Shown: positions 37,518-47,471, counted from the stretch's first letter. The stretch: 64,000 bases of DNA from Cyanobacteria bacterium auto_48_18 (GCA_036170915.1 JAVHQC010000033.1:128001-192000); one strand, 5' to 3'. A program made the numbers and translations. Notes: generated from the letters alone by a model not told the origin.

Positions 37518-37603
37518 CGGCATGTGGGTGAGTGGTCGAAACCAGGACTCTGTAAAAGTTCTCCCTAAAAAGCACATTCGTTCGAATCGAATCATGCCGA
37601 CCA
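37518..37603 (+). tRNA. tRNA-Tyr(GTA) with C1-G72 pair
   Basis: CGGCATG/CATGCCG, A73, CCA; GGACT-CTGTAAA-AGTTC; long variable region; ATTCG-TTCGAAT-CGAAT. Confidence 0.87.
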
Positions 37604-37676
37604 ATTTTAGACTTAACCGACTTCTAGTGAGGTAAGTACGGTGCTCATGAGCCAACACTTCGGCTAGACTGTCTTT

Positions 37677-38369
37677 ATGCTCAGAATAAAGCAAAGCATC
37701 TGCGTCCTTCTCGTCCTGGCTCTTGCCGGCCCTTCTTCCATGCAGGTAGTTTTGGCAGATGACATCAACGATGAGAAACTTTCCAGAGCTGAGGCCTTGA
37801 CCGAATTAGGCCACATGAGAACTGATCGATTCCGATTTGCTGAAGCAGCTCAACTTTATAGCGACGCGATTAAGTTAAACCCTGAACTTACTCTTGCTTA
37901 CGCTTGCCGCGCAGATGCTCGCGTAAAGTTGCACGACGACGTTGGTGCCTTGACAGACTACGACATGGCCTTAAAACTTTCACCTGATGACGCATTTGTC
38001 TATGGATGTCGCGGGGAGCTTAAGCTTCTAACAGGAGAGATCAAGGGTGCACTTCGTGATTTAGATATGGCAGATGCATTAGGGCTAGATTTCTTCTTTA
38101 TTTATTGGCGACGTGCAGAAGCAGAACTTATAGCTCGTGACTACGAGGGAGTTATCAAAGACTGCAATCGAGCGTTCCAATACGATTGCTTAACCGATTC
38201 TCGCCTCTATTTTCTCCGTGCTCAAGCAGAGTTTCACACGTTTAATTACATCGCTTCAGTTATTGATTTTTCTTTGGCCAACTATATTGAGTGTGCTGCG
38301 ACTTTGAGAAGGGTTTTGCTTCAATCAATAACTAACGTGAACGGCGCACATAAACGTGCCACAAACTAG
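37677..38369 (+). CDS. Secreted TPR-repeat protein
   Basis: Signal peptide; AYACRA, DYDMALKLSP, VYGCRG TPR motifs. Confidence 0.8.
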   Translation: MLRIKQSICVLLVLALAGPSSMQVVLADDINDEKLSRAEALTELGHMRTDRFRFAEAAQLYSDAIKLNPELTLAYACRADARVKLHDDVGALTDYDMALKLSPDDAFVYGCRGELKLLTGEIKGALRDLDMADALGLDFFFIYWRRAEAELIARDYEGVIKDCNRAFQYDCLTDSRLYFLRAQAEFHTFNYIASVIDFSLANYIECAATLRRVLLQSITNVNGAHKRATN

Positions 38370-38862
38370 GTGCAATTTGTTCGGACCAGAATTCAAATCC
38401 GCGTGAGTGCCAAATGTCATAAAAAGGCTGCGGTTCCCAGCGATGCTTGATGCCTATGACTTTACCCGGCGCCGCCGTATTGACCGCAATATTGATTGGT
38501 GGCATTGGGTCGCCTTGTTTATCGTCGATAGCGGTGACGTCAACCCAGACAATGGAATTGTTATCTAGATTCAGCATCCAATCAGGCTTCTCTAAGGGTG
38601 ATTGCGGCAAAACTTCGGTGGCGCTATCCACGATTTCGTCATCGGCATTTAGTCCTGCGAGTTCGTTTATCTTCGCTAAGAATTCTTTTTCAGGAACCTT
38701 TGCAATTGCTGCCACTCTGCTTAAACTGATGCGTGGTGGCATAACCTTTTGCAGCAATGGATTACGCAGTCGTTCAAAATCGTGTCTGTTCAGGCTAATT
38801 ACATATTCAAGCACGTCGGGGCTGGCTGCCAGCGCTTCGGACAGACGCGTTTTTCCATTCAT
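38332..38862 (-). CDS. DUF1858-like plus DUF2249-like protein
   Basis: FERLRNPLLQK...SLSRVAAIAKV; DPMPPI...HRWEPQPFYDIW..RGF. Confidence 0.7.
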   Translation of the reverse strand: MNGKTRLSEALAASPDVLEYVISLNRHDFERLRNPLLQKVMPPRISLSRVAAIAKVPEKEFLAKINELAGLNADDEIVDSATEVLPQSPLEKPDWMLNLDNNSIVWVDVTAIDDKQGDPMPPINIAVNTAAPGKVIGIKHRWEPQPFYDIWHSRGFEFWSEQIAPSLWHVYVRRSR

Positions 38863-38868
38863 TCGACC

Positions 38869-39627
38869 CTACTCCACCGGATACTTGAGCTCAATCGCTT
38901 TTTTTTCGTCAGCCGAATATGCTTTTTCATTACCAAGTTTTTTATGCAGCATGGCACGGTGATAATAGGCCTCAGCATAATCACTTCTATGAGCAATGGA
39001 AGTATCAAAATCTTTCATGGCCAGATCAAAGTGCTTCAGGGCAAAATTGATTGTGCCGCGCGTGTCATAGGCTTCTGCCATCTTTGGTGCTAACTCCAAA
39101 GCTTTATTAACGTCCGCTAGGGCTGCATGTAGTTCACCGGCTTGAGCGCGCATCCAGGCTCGATTGTTGAAAGCAGGAGCATAGCTATCGTCAGAACTTA
39201 CTGCTTCATCGAGATCGTTAATTGCTTTTGCGCGTTCGCCGATGAGGGCGAGGCACGTGCCTCTTAAATTAAGCAAGGCAGCCAGACGCTTGGCGTTGGC
39301 TGCAGGGTCAGAGTTTTGTTTTTTTGCCGCTGGTTTTGCAACGCTCGCCGCTTGTGTCAAAGGCAGGCTAGATGAGCTATGAATGCGACTGATTGCAGCA
39401 TTTAACACACTAAGGTCGCTCATCGCCTTCATTTTCTCAGCGGTGGTTACTCGCACCTTAAATAAGTTCGGCAAGCTGGAGCTGTGATTGTCAGACCCCG
39501 AGTTAAAATCCCCCACGGACGGAGGCATTTTCGCCAAAACCGCCTGAATGGGCAAGCTCGATAAGACAGCAACCATAAGTGCGCAAGCCGGCGCCTGCGG
39601 TGAGCGTCTGCTCGGTTGTCTCATCAA
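38869..39627 (-). CDS. Secreted TPR-repeat protein
   Basis: Signal peptide; AFNNRAW, AYDTRG, AYYHRA. Confidence 0.82.
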   Translation of the reverse strand: MMRQPSRRSPQAPACALMVAVLSSLPIQAVLAKMPPSVGDFNSGSDNHSSSLPNLFKVRVTTAEKMKAMSDLSVLNAAISRIHSSSSLPLTQAASVAKPAAKKQNSDPAANAKRLAALLNLRGTCLALIGERAKAINDLDEAVSSDDSYAPAFNNRAWMRAQAGELHAALADVNKALELAPKMAEAYDTRGTINFALKHFDLAMKDFDTSIAHRSDYAEAYYHRAMLHKKLGNEKAYSADEKKAIELKYPVE

Positions 39628-39931
39628 ATTCCCTCCGGCGAACGTAATTATGAGGTTTACGGGCCCGCCCTATAGTTTAGGACGAAAAATTGATGAATTT
39701 CATCTTTGAATGCCCCTAGTTTCCCTTGACATATGGAATGATGGTTTCAGGAGTGCTTGATTTTCGTCTCATAGGGTCCTGGCTGGCGCTTGCTTTGTCT
39801 ACCATTGAAGCATTCCTTGGTTTTTCTTGATCGCACATCAGAATATGAGCGCTGCCGACCACGGCGGCGCTTTTATTCTTTTTGATGGTATATTCTTCAA
39901 TATTCGGTCGCCCATCTATATAGAGATAGCT

Positions 39932-40069
39932 ATGGCTCTTTCATTCAAGAAATTTCAAGCAAGAAATTTTCTCCGCAAGAATTTTAAACAAATCGTCGTT
40001 TGGACCATGATTTTCTTGTTCCTTGGCACACTCGTGCCGTCGACCTTCTTTATGTTCATGAATAACTAG
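39932..40069 (+). CDS. Small basic single-TM protein (45 aa) upstream of rarA
   Basis: MALSFKKFQARNFLRKNFKQIVVWTMIFLFLGTLVPSTFFMFMNN; stop lies 4 nt before the rarA ATG. Confidence 0.55.
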   Translation: MALSFKKFQARNFLRKNFKQIVVWTMIFLFLGTLVPSTFFMFMNN

Positions 40070-40073
40070 AACA

Positions 40074-41366
40074 ATGTTTGTTCAAAAAAATCGGCCTCCG
40101 CTGGCAGAGCGCATGCGCCCCAGGGAGCTGGACGAATATTATGGTCAGGAAAAACTTTTGGCTGACGGCGGTGTATTGCGCACTATGTTGGCCGAAGGCA
40201 ATTTAAGTTCGTTTATTTTATGGGGGCCGCCGGGCGTAGGTAAAACTACCCTGGCCCGCATTGTGGCCAAAGAGACCGACAGTAAGTGGATTGCCTTTAC
40301 TGCGGTCACCGCCGGCATGAAAGAAATCAAGGCCGTGATGAATGAAGCGGAAGCCTTCATGAAAATTGAAGGCCGCCGCACCATTATGTTTGTCGATGAA
40401 ATTCATCGCTTCAACAAAGCTCAACAAGACGCCTTTTTGCCCTATGTAGAAACAGGCACCATTTGTCTGGTTGGTGCCACCACTGAAAATCCATCATTTG
40501 AAATCAATTCTGCTTTGCTCTCGCGGCTCAAAGTTTTTGTTATGGATGAACTTGATTTGCCTGCTCTGCTCAAAATCATGAACACCGCACTAACAGACAA
40601 AGAAAGAGGTATTGGTGATCTTGAACTCACCGCTAGCGAAGACACTCTCAAATTAATCGCCGCCTATTCATCAGGTGACGCACGCACCGCGCTTAATTCG
40701 CTGGAGCTAGCGGCCAATCTTGCCAGCAAGCGTGGCCAGAAAGAAATAAGTGAAAAAGAGATTCGCTCAGCTGTGCAACAAGCGGTTTTACGATATGACA
40801 AAGATGGCGAAAATCATTTCAATCTAATTTCGGCTTTGCATAAGTCAATTCGCAATTCAGATGTGCAAGCAAGTTTGTACTGGTTGGCACGCATGATGGA
40901 AGCCGGTGAGGAGCCTCTTTATGTTGCTCGTCGACTGGTGCGTTTTGCATCTGAAGATATTGGCCTGGCCGCACCACAAGCACTGACTCAAGCAGTGGCG
41001 GCCATGCAGGCTGTAGATTTTATCGGTGTGCCAGAAGGTAAATTGGCTCTGGCTCAGTGTGTTGTTTACATGGCCCTGGCACCGAAATCGAATGCGTTAT
41101 ATAAGGCTTACAATGAGGCCGCTCAAGATGCACTAAATACAGTGCAGCATCCGGTTCCTCTGCACTTGCGCAATGCTCCGACTAAATTGATGAAAGAGAT
41201 TGGATATGCTAAGGGCTATCAATATGCTCATGATTATGAAGGCGGCAAGGCCGAAAACATGAAATGTATGCCGGCTGAATTGGCTCATCGCAAATACTTC
41301 CAGCCTAGTGATCGCGGCTTTGAAGGTAAAGTGCGGAAGGCCGAGAACAATAACGTAGTCGAGTGA
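40074..41366 (+). CDS. rarA: Replication-associated recombination protein A (RarA/MgsA)
   Basis: PLAERMRP, WGPPGVGKTT, VDEIHRFNKAQQD, GATTENPSF, SALHKSIRNSD, EDIGLA. Confidence 0.96.
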   Translation: MFVQKNRPPLAERMRPRELDEYYGQEKLLADGGVLRTMLAEGNLSSFILWGPPGVGKTTLARIVAKETDSKWIAFTAVTAGMKEIKAVMNEAEAFMKIEGRRTIMFVDEIHRFNKAQQDAFLPYVETGTICLVGATTENPSFEINSALLSRLKVFVMDELDLPALLKIMNTALTDKERGIGDLELTASEDTLKLIAAYSSGDARTALNSLELAANLASKRGQKEISEKEIRSAVQQAVLRYDKDGENHFNLISALHKSIRNSDVQASLYWLARMMEAGEEPLYVARRLVRFASEDIGLAAPQALTQAVAAMQAVDFIGVPEGKLALAQCVVYMALAPKSNALYKAYNEAAQDALNTVQHPVPLHLRNAPTKLMKEIGYAKGYQYAHDYEGGKAENMKCMPAELAHRKYFQPSDRGFEGKVRKAENNNVVE

Positions 41367-41388
41367 GTGGAGTTGAGCAACAAAAGTA

Positions 41389-42024
41389 TTATTTGCTATT
41401 TTGCGGCTCTATGCTAAATCCTAATTCTCCGGCCGTCTTCTGCAGGGTTTGTTTCAGGCTCGAGTGACTTAGGGGGATGCTGCTGATTACCTTTAAAGCG
41501 CTTCGAGACCGCTCGTAAAGAGCAAGTGCCAGTTCGTCATTGTGAGCGTTGCCAAAAATCAATCCATCGAGTTGTTTGTAGATAAAGAGCGTCTCGTAAA
41601 AATATCGTGACCATTTTTGGCTTAGTGAATGGTCGCTGTCTTTGCACAGTGCAGCCACTGAGCCTGCTCTCATAGCACCATCTCCTCTTAAATCTAAGAG
41701 CATTAGCTCTCTTTCGATTTCAAAGCCGCTCAATTGCCAACTAGCGTATTGAATGATTCGCGTATCTCCGAAGATTTCAACCAGGCAGCCTGAAAGCGTT
41801 GCACCGGCATATAAAATTCCTCGATGGGGATCTAGCTCAGGGCCGCTTGCATTGTCGGTGTGATGATCAAAGCGTTTATGTGGGCCATGACTGCGAAAAC
41901 TGATTGCAGTCGCATCGTATGATGTTGGGTCAAACATGCGAACAAACTTCGACCCTCGAGGAGCGGTGAACCAAACTGGGTTGGGTGCAACCACGGGCGG
42001 TGGCGGCATAATGATTACCATCAA
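41389..42024 (-). CDS. RES-domain toxin (putative NAD+-consuming)
   Basis: RFDHH, ILYAG, CLVEIFGD, LLDLRG, SQKWSR..Y, DGLIF, LALYER. Confidence 0.8.
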   Translation of the reverse strand: MMVIIMPPPPVVAPNPVWFTAPRGSKFVRMFDPTSYDATAISFRSHGPHKRFDHHTDNASGPELDPHRGILYAGATLSGCLVEIFGDTRIIQYASWQLSGFEIERELMLLDLRGDGAMRAGSVAALCKDSDHSLSQKWSRYFYETLFIYKQLDGLIFGNAHNDELALALYERSRSALKVISSIPLSHSSLKQTLQKTAGELGFSIEPQNSK

Positions 42025-42638
42025 GCCACCCCGACAGAACGTGCCTCGCGCAATACCCGTTCTGTGTCGCCGTGCCTCAAAATATGAATCGGTGAATCAC
42101 CATCGAACACTGCATTTGGTGTCACAAGCCAACTTACCTTACTAAGCAAACTACCAGACAGGTCTTTCAAAACCTCAGTTAAACCGGACACCGTCCCATC
42201 TGGGCCTGTAGGGTCGAATTGAAAGAGCGGTAGTCTCATTACATTTGATTCTATAAGACCGATCAACTTGTTCTCGCGTATGCGATCATGAATAGTTTGT
42301 TTTGAAACACCAAGCATTTCTGCAGCTTCAATCGAGCCAATAGAATTGTCTAGAAGCTCGCGTCTGCGTTTAAAGAAGTTGTATAAGCTAGTCACTTCCA
42401 GCGATTTGGCCTCATGAGGAGTAAATCTTTTGATGCCCAAAAGCTCAGCAAGAGCGGGATCTATTTCCTGATTGCGCTCGGCGGAAACGCTGGACATGCG
42501 ACTCAAGAGACAGGCGACTCCCTCTGGGCCTAGAGTGTCTACAAAAAAGCGTGCTGCTGCTTCATCACTTCCAAGTTCTTGAAAGTATTTTTGCAACATG
42601 TCGACGGCAACCATCTGGTTTTTGGCCTTGGCACGCAT
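42021..42638 (-). CDS. Antitoxin-like protein (HTH plus Xre/MbcA-type C-terminal domain)
   Basis: EAAEMLGVSKQTI HTH; LPLFQF; WLVTPNAVFDGDSPIHIL; ATGA overlap with RES gene. Confidence 0.78.
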   Translation of the reverse strand: MRAKAKNQMVAVDMLQKYFQELGSDEAAARFFVDTLGPEGVACLLSRMSSVSAERNQEIDPALAELLGIKRFTPHEAKSLEVTSLYNFFKRRRELLDNSIGSIEAAEMLGVSKQTIHDRIRENKLIGLIESNVMRLPLFQFDPTGPDGTVSGLTEVLKDLSGSLLSKVSWLVTPNAVFDGDSPIHILRHGDTERVLREARSVGVA

Positions 42639-42755
42639 GTTAAACCTCGCCTATTCTGACTTTAATACTATCAGCCTTTGGCAAGCGCGTCAAGTTTCCA
42701 CGCTTGACCAGCGTTCTCAGCTGCTATCCGTGGGGGTTCTGGACTCTCTTCCATC

Positions 42756-42799
42756 CAATAAAAAAAAGAGGAAGCATACACTTCCTCTTTTTTTTATTG
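42756..42799. terminator. Bidirectional-type intrinsic terminator
   Basis: CAATAAAAAAAAGAGGAAG-CATACA-CTTCCTCTTTTTTTTATTG perfect inverted repeat. Confidence 0.85.
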
Positions 42800-42817
42800 T
42801 CATTAGTGCCTACAAAG

Positions 42818-43441
42818 TTAGTGTTTGTACCAACTTTGAGGAACGAATTTGTGCCACCATTTTTGTGCCTTAACGGCTTCTAGTTCGGTGCGGGTGCTAT
42901 TAAGAATGCTCGATAGGCGAGTATTTTCTTCTTCGACTGTTACTAGAATATCTTCAAGATAATCGCGTTCGACTTTCACCTTAGCCAGTGCGTCCATTAG
43001 ATAACGGCGCTCTTTTACGGCTGCTTCTTTTTCGTATTCGACAACCTTGAGCACGCGCACTTGTTCTTCTAGTACAGGAATTCTTTGAATGGTGAAGTAT
43101 TGGCTGACCATGATTTGCTTAACGGCAGCATTCTCTTCAGTCATTTCCTGCATTTTAGTAAGAAGAGCGATCACTCTTCTTTGCAGGTAAGTTACTTCGT
43201 CTTGACTCTTGCTAGCGACTTTTTGTTCTTTGTACTTTTGAACAACATCGAGCACCTGATAGCGCACTCGACGATCTCTAGTTTGCTTGAGTCTAAGATC
43301 TTCTGGTTCTGGAGCAGGCTCGGAGGCCCATTTGAAGATGTGATCTAATCCGTCAACTTCAATGGCATCGGCGTGCTGACCTGGTGCTTCACCAGGAGAA
43401 AAATCTAGGTTGTCGGCAGTATTTTTTTTACGATTGCTCAC
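42818..43441 (-). CDS. Coiled-coil protein with C-terminal KWWHKF motif
   Basis: Heptad-rich Glu/Lys/Arg composition; Trp-Trp amphipathic terminus. Confidence 0.75.
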   Translation of the reverse strand: MSNRKKNTADNLDFSPGEAPGQHADAIEVDGLDHIFKWASEPAPEPEDLRLKQTRDRRVRYQVLDVVQKYKEQKVASKSQDEVTYLQRRVIALLTKMQEMTEENAAVKQIMVSQYFTIQRIPVLEEQVRVLKVVEYEKEAAVKERRYLMDALAKVKVERDYLEDILVTVEEENTRLSSILNSTRTELEAVKAQKWWHKFVPQSWYKH

Positions 43442-44084
43442 ACTTATACCCCTTTCTTAAAACCTATAATACCGATAAACCATGAATTTGTAAAAGTAAA
43501 TTTGCCATTGCCAATGGTGCGGCACCACTTACCTCTTGGAAGCACCGCTTATGGTGCAATAGTGGTGGCTGGTGGCATTTTGCGCTGGCACTATTGGTGG
43601 TGACATAAGTTAAAAATGCGGCGTTTTCGCACCCTGTTGCGTTGATGCAAATGATTAATTCGTGCCGTAATTCATTTATAAGTCGGTTGAATGTCGGTTG
43701 TGAGCCAGTGTAAAAGCGCATTAAGTCTTTTATCGGACGCACATTTTGGCGATACGATGGAAATGGAGAGCGGTATTCCTATATAAGGCGATTTGATATC
43801 GGCGAGTTGAAGTGCGGGTTCGAAAAGTTGAACGCACCGTATGCGGCTAGGCCCTTAACCCCGGGGAAAATGGCTGAATATTTTCCAAAAATATTTTAAA
43901 TTCATGTATGCCTTGCCTGGCGCAGGTTTCGGGAGTTTGAAGGGCCGCAAAAGCAGGGAATAGTGGGAGAAACCGGGGGGTAGTACGTAATTACGCGCAA
44001 GACAAGAGCCTGGCGAATGGCTAAGGTAGATACGAGCCGCAAACAGGCAATTGAAACCTGATTAAGGCCCGAAGGAGAGAAGAC

Positions 44085-44795
44085 GTGAGCACCAAGTCGG
44101 TACAGAAAATAGCAAATGCACTTTCAACCGCTCTATTGGCTGTCGCTGCTTTCTCTTGCCCAGTGTTCGCTTATGGCGAATCTGACGTGATGAATACATT
44201 GAGAAGTCCGCTCATCTACGGCGCGCCCAATAGCCCAGCATGGGTGCCCGCCCAGGAAGGTTGCCCACCACCAATCGGTAGTGGCGACTGCCCTTTACCT
44301 GTTACCGGTGGTGATTATGGTGCGCCTTTCCTACCAGTGACTTCAGTGCCAATGCCTCTAGTAGGGCCTCTGGATAAAGCCACGGTCAATGCCTTTGCCG
44401 CTCCCTACTTGTGCCCACCACCTTCAACTCCAGGTTACGACCCTTATTCAATAAATGGTTCGAGTGGAGGTTATGGTGTTAGTGCTCCGGTCTCGGTGGT
44501 TAATGTAAGCCCCGGCGGCGGTTTGGAAGGTAGTGCACCAACTCGTAGATGGAGAGCCCAGCGCTCATTCGACCATGGTCAACCCAACAATGTACGCGGC
44601 AATGGTTCAACCCTCAACGATTTTGGTCAGAAGCTCTGTGATAAACCAGATTTGAAAATGGTCCCGCAAGTTTCACAAGATGGCCCGAGACAACAAGGCA
44701 GCTGGATGGGCCAGACCACACAAGATTTACACGGAAACAGGTCGCTCTTTAAAGGACCAAATCTCCGCTCTCAACTCACAATCGCTCCATATTAA
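44085..44795 (+). CDS. Secreted Pro/Gly-rich protein (paralog A1)
   Basis: Signal peptide ending VFA; AGGAG SD; shares TLRxPLI, EGxPPxIG, PSTPGxDP with next gene. Confidence 0.75.
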   Translation: MSTKSVQKIANALSTALLAVAAFSCPVFAYGESDVMNTLRSPLIYGAPNSPAWVPAQEGCPPPIGSGDCPLPVTGGDYGAPFLPVTSVPMPLVGPLDKATVNAFAAPYLCPPPSTPGYDPYSINGSSGGYGVSAPVSVVNVSPGGGLEGSAPTRRWRAQRSFDHGQPNNVRGNGSTLNDFGQKLCDKPDLKMVPQVSQDGPRQQGSWMGQTTQDLHGNRSLFKGPNLRSQLTIAPY

Positions 44796-44863
44796 CTTCA
44801 CGAATTTTTCCCTCGCCCGCCACGCTCAACTTATTCTTTATAACGGCTTCAGGAGGCCAGACA

Positions 44864-45856
44864 ATGTTTAACCGTAAGTTCATCCCCGCAGTATTCTCTG
44901 CAATCACCATAAGTGCCACTTGCGCACTTGCCTCCTCAGCCCAACCGTGGCCAGGCAGCCCACCACAAGTTGGCCCTGCTCCGGTGAGCCCAGTGAGCAC
45001 TTTGCGCACACCATTGATTCAAGGCCAGCCAAACGGCGCGCCGTTCCAGGCACCAATCGAAGGCGCTCCACCAGCGATTGGTGACGGCCCAACTCCAGCA
45101 GGTGTCAACCCAGGTATGGGTGGCTCACCAGAGTTGATGCCATGGGTACCGGCCATTCCAGCCAACCAGATTGACAATAGTTTTTCAGGCATTCCTTTAG
45201 GCATTAGTCCAGCAATCGTTTCTCCTCCTGGAGTATTGGGACCATCGCTGACAGGCATTGTGCCGCAGTCGCCATCAACTCCTGGTGTAGATCCTGGATC
45301 GCTTTCGGCTCCTCCTGGATTCATTAATGCTTCACAGCAAGTCAACATCATGCCTTACGGCGGATTTGCCGGTACTGGTGGATATAACACCACAGTTCCA
45401 ACCGTGCGTCGTGGTGGACAGGAGACTGCCCAGTGGGGATACCGCGGTCGTAACTCAATGATTGGTGGCTTCGGTGGTGACGGTTCGCAAGACAACGTAG
45501 AGCGAATGGGGCCATGGGCCGGCTGGGGCGCTGTAACCGGCGTACCTACAGGTAATGGCTTGAGATCTGGATCTATCGACCTCGGCGGCGGTCAACGCTT
45601 CCAGGCCGGCGGAGCCATCATTCCAACCGGTTCGAGCATTCAAGACTTTGGTCTGTCTGCCACCAGAAACAACCCGATTGGTGCATTGCAAGCTAATCAG
45701 TCTTATGAATTCGGCCAGGGCTTCAGACGGATACCCATGTACAGCAGCAAGACTACTGACTTCGGTTTCCCCTACACCCAGTTCTCACCAGGCAACGTAA
45801 CTGCTCAAAAGACCGGCCAACGTTTGCTTCCAACTGGAGTAATCACCAACTTCTAA
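44864..45856 (+). CDS. Secreted Pro/Gly-rich protein (paralog A2)
   Basis: Signal peptide ending SSA; AGGAGG SD; shared motifs with A1. Confidence 0.8.
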   Translation: MFNRKFIPAVFSAITISATCALASSAQPWPGSPPQVGPAPVSPVSTLRTPLIQGQPNGAPFQAPIEGAPPAIGDGPTPAGVNPGMGGSPELMPWVPAIPANQIDNSFSGIPLGISPAIVSPPGVLGPSLTGIVPQSPSTPGVDPGSLSAPPGFINASQQVNIMPYGGFAGTGGYNTTVPTVRRGGQETAQWGYRGRNSMIGGFGGDGSQDNVERMGPWAGWGAVTGVPTGNGLRSGSIDLGGGQRFQAGGAIIPTGSSIQDFGLSATRNNPIGALQANQSYEFGQGFRRIPMYSSKTTDFGFPYTQFSPGNVTAQKTGQRLLPTGVITNF

Positions 45857-46069
45857 AAAGAAATTGTGTGGCTTAAATTTTGTCCCGGTAATCCGTAAAG
45901 TCGCAAGACTCCAATCCTGCCGGGTTGCCGGGATGAAACTAAATAAAACCCTTAGGGGGGAATTCCCATGATCGTGGGAATCCCCCCGATTTCATTCCTG
46001 GTGGGGGTTTCGTAATATGTATCTAACGAACCGCATTGCGGCACCCCTAGGACAACGGACTCAAGAATC

Positions 46070-46783
46070 ATGAGAAGAGAAGCCCCAACAAACAGAATCG
46101 CTAAATTGGCACTAGCTGTGGCCCTGGTCTCTTGCTTATTCGGGCAGACACTACCTGCGATGGCACAGTACAGTCTGCAAGCTGAGCAAGATGCAATGCT
46201 TCCTCCCGATGTTGTGCCACTAGACCCGGCTGTGGGTCAAAGAATGTCCCAAGCGCAAGCTGCAGCTCGTCAGAACAACGCCAATAATAGCTATAACAAC
46301 GGCCAACAGTCAGCAATGGCTGGTGACCCTTCCATGGCTAATGGCATGTCGAACGGTATGTCTAACGGAATGCCTAATAACATGTCGAATGACCAGGGCA
46401 TGCAAAACAATTTCAACAATCAGTCACAGGGCCAGTTCAACAACATGCAACAGGCCAACAACATGGGTCAGCCTAATGGCAATGCTCCAGGCAGCACCGG
46501 TACATCAGACTGGATCATGCCTAATGGCCAGGACCAAAATGCCCCAATGACCGCTTACGGTAATGTCAGCCAAACTCAAACACTGACTGCACCTCCATCT
46601 AATCCAATCGTACGACGCTCCACTCGCCGCGGCGGGATGGGCACTGCTGTTAGCGCTCTGGCCGGATTCGGCGCCGGCGCTATGGTAGGCACCATGATCA
46701 GACGGCCCAACACGCTGTTCGGTCTCGGCGCTACCGGTCTGTTTATGACCGGCTTCGGTACACGCAACGGCTTCCGGTTTTAG
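46070..46783 (+). CDS. Secreted Asn/Gln/Met-rich protein with C-terminal glycine-zipper-like segment
   Basis: Signal peptide ending AMA; MSNG repeats; GGMGTAVSALAGFGAGAMVG. Confidence 0.78.
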   Translation: MRREAPTNRIAKLALAVALVSCLFGQTLPAMAQYSLQAEQDAMLPPDVVPLDPAVGQRMSQAQAAARQNNANNSYNNGQQSAMAGDPSMANGMSNGMSNGMPNNMSNDQGMQNNFNNQSQGQFNNMQQANNMGQPNGNAPGSTGTSDWIMPNGQDQNAPMTAYGNVSQTQTLTAPPSNPIVRRSTRRGGMGTAVSALAGFGAGAMVGTMIRRPNTLFGLGATGLFMTGFGTRNGFRF

Positions 46784-46809
46784 TTTTCTTTTTGTCTGGA
46801 GACAAGGCA

Positions 46810-47451
46810 ATGAATTTCAAAATTTTTCTTTCTGTAATCGCTCTTGCTGTAACTACTGTTGCTGCTCAACCGGCTGCCCGAGCTGATGAGGGTGGTGGTG
46901 GCAACATGAGATGGAAGTTTGCCCCAAACGTTTACAGACTTGAAGAGCCTACCGGACCACGTCACCATGCTTTTCATGAGCCACCAGCGCAACAAGTGCG
47001 TCGTGGTCAAACTCCTGGTGTACACAATATGCTCGGATTCAACCCAGCAACTTTGAAGAAGCCAGTGGCCGCTGTGCCGCAGCAACAGCCCAATGTCATG
47101 GCTCAACTGGTGCCTCCAGGTTTCAACAATTTGTTTGGCAAACCAACTTCAACTGGTACTGCAGCCACTGCCCAGGCCAAGCCTCTGACAGCTTTGATGG
47201 CTCCTACCGCTTCAACACTTGCACCATCGAGACCAGCCGTCAAAGCGCCTGTGCGTCGTATGGCTAGCAACAACAATGTTATGGCTCGCATGAGACGGCC
47301 TGCTCGCAGTCAATCTCACAATGCCAGCGCCGGACCGATTGCATCGTACGGACAAGGTGTGGGTTACATTCCTGGATCGACCGCTCCTGGCGTAACCGGT
47401 GGAAGTGGTGGTGCCAACGCTACTGTTAACGGTAAGTTGATTCGTCACTAG
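46810..47451 (+). CDS. Secreted basic low-complexity protein (paralog B1)
   Basis: Signal peptide ending ARA; C-terminal SYGQGVGYIPGSTAP...GKLIRH. Confidence 0.78.
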   Translation: MNFKIFLSVIALAVTTVAAQPAARADEGGGGNMRWKFAPNVYRLEEPTGPRHHAFHEPPAQQVRRGQTPGVHNMLGFNPATLKKPVAAVPQQQPNVMAQLVPPGFNNLFGKPTSTGTAATAQAKPLTALMAPTASTLAPSRPAVKAPVRRMASNNNVMARMRRPARSQSHNASAGPIASYGQGVGYIPGSTAPGVTGGSGGANATVNGKLIRH

Positions 47452-47471
47452 TCCACAGTTAAGCATCAACT

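Noticed and set aside
43442..44084. ~640-bp intergenic region as a possible ncRNA or small gene
   Set aside because: Only short palindromes and a weak ORF; consistent with divergent promoters.
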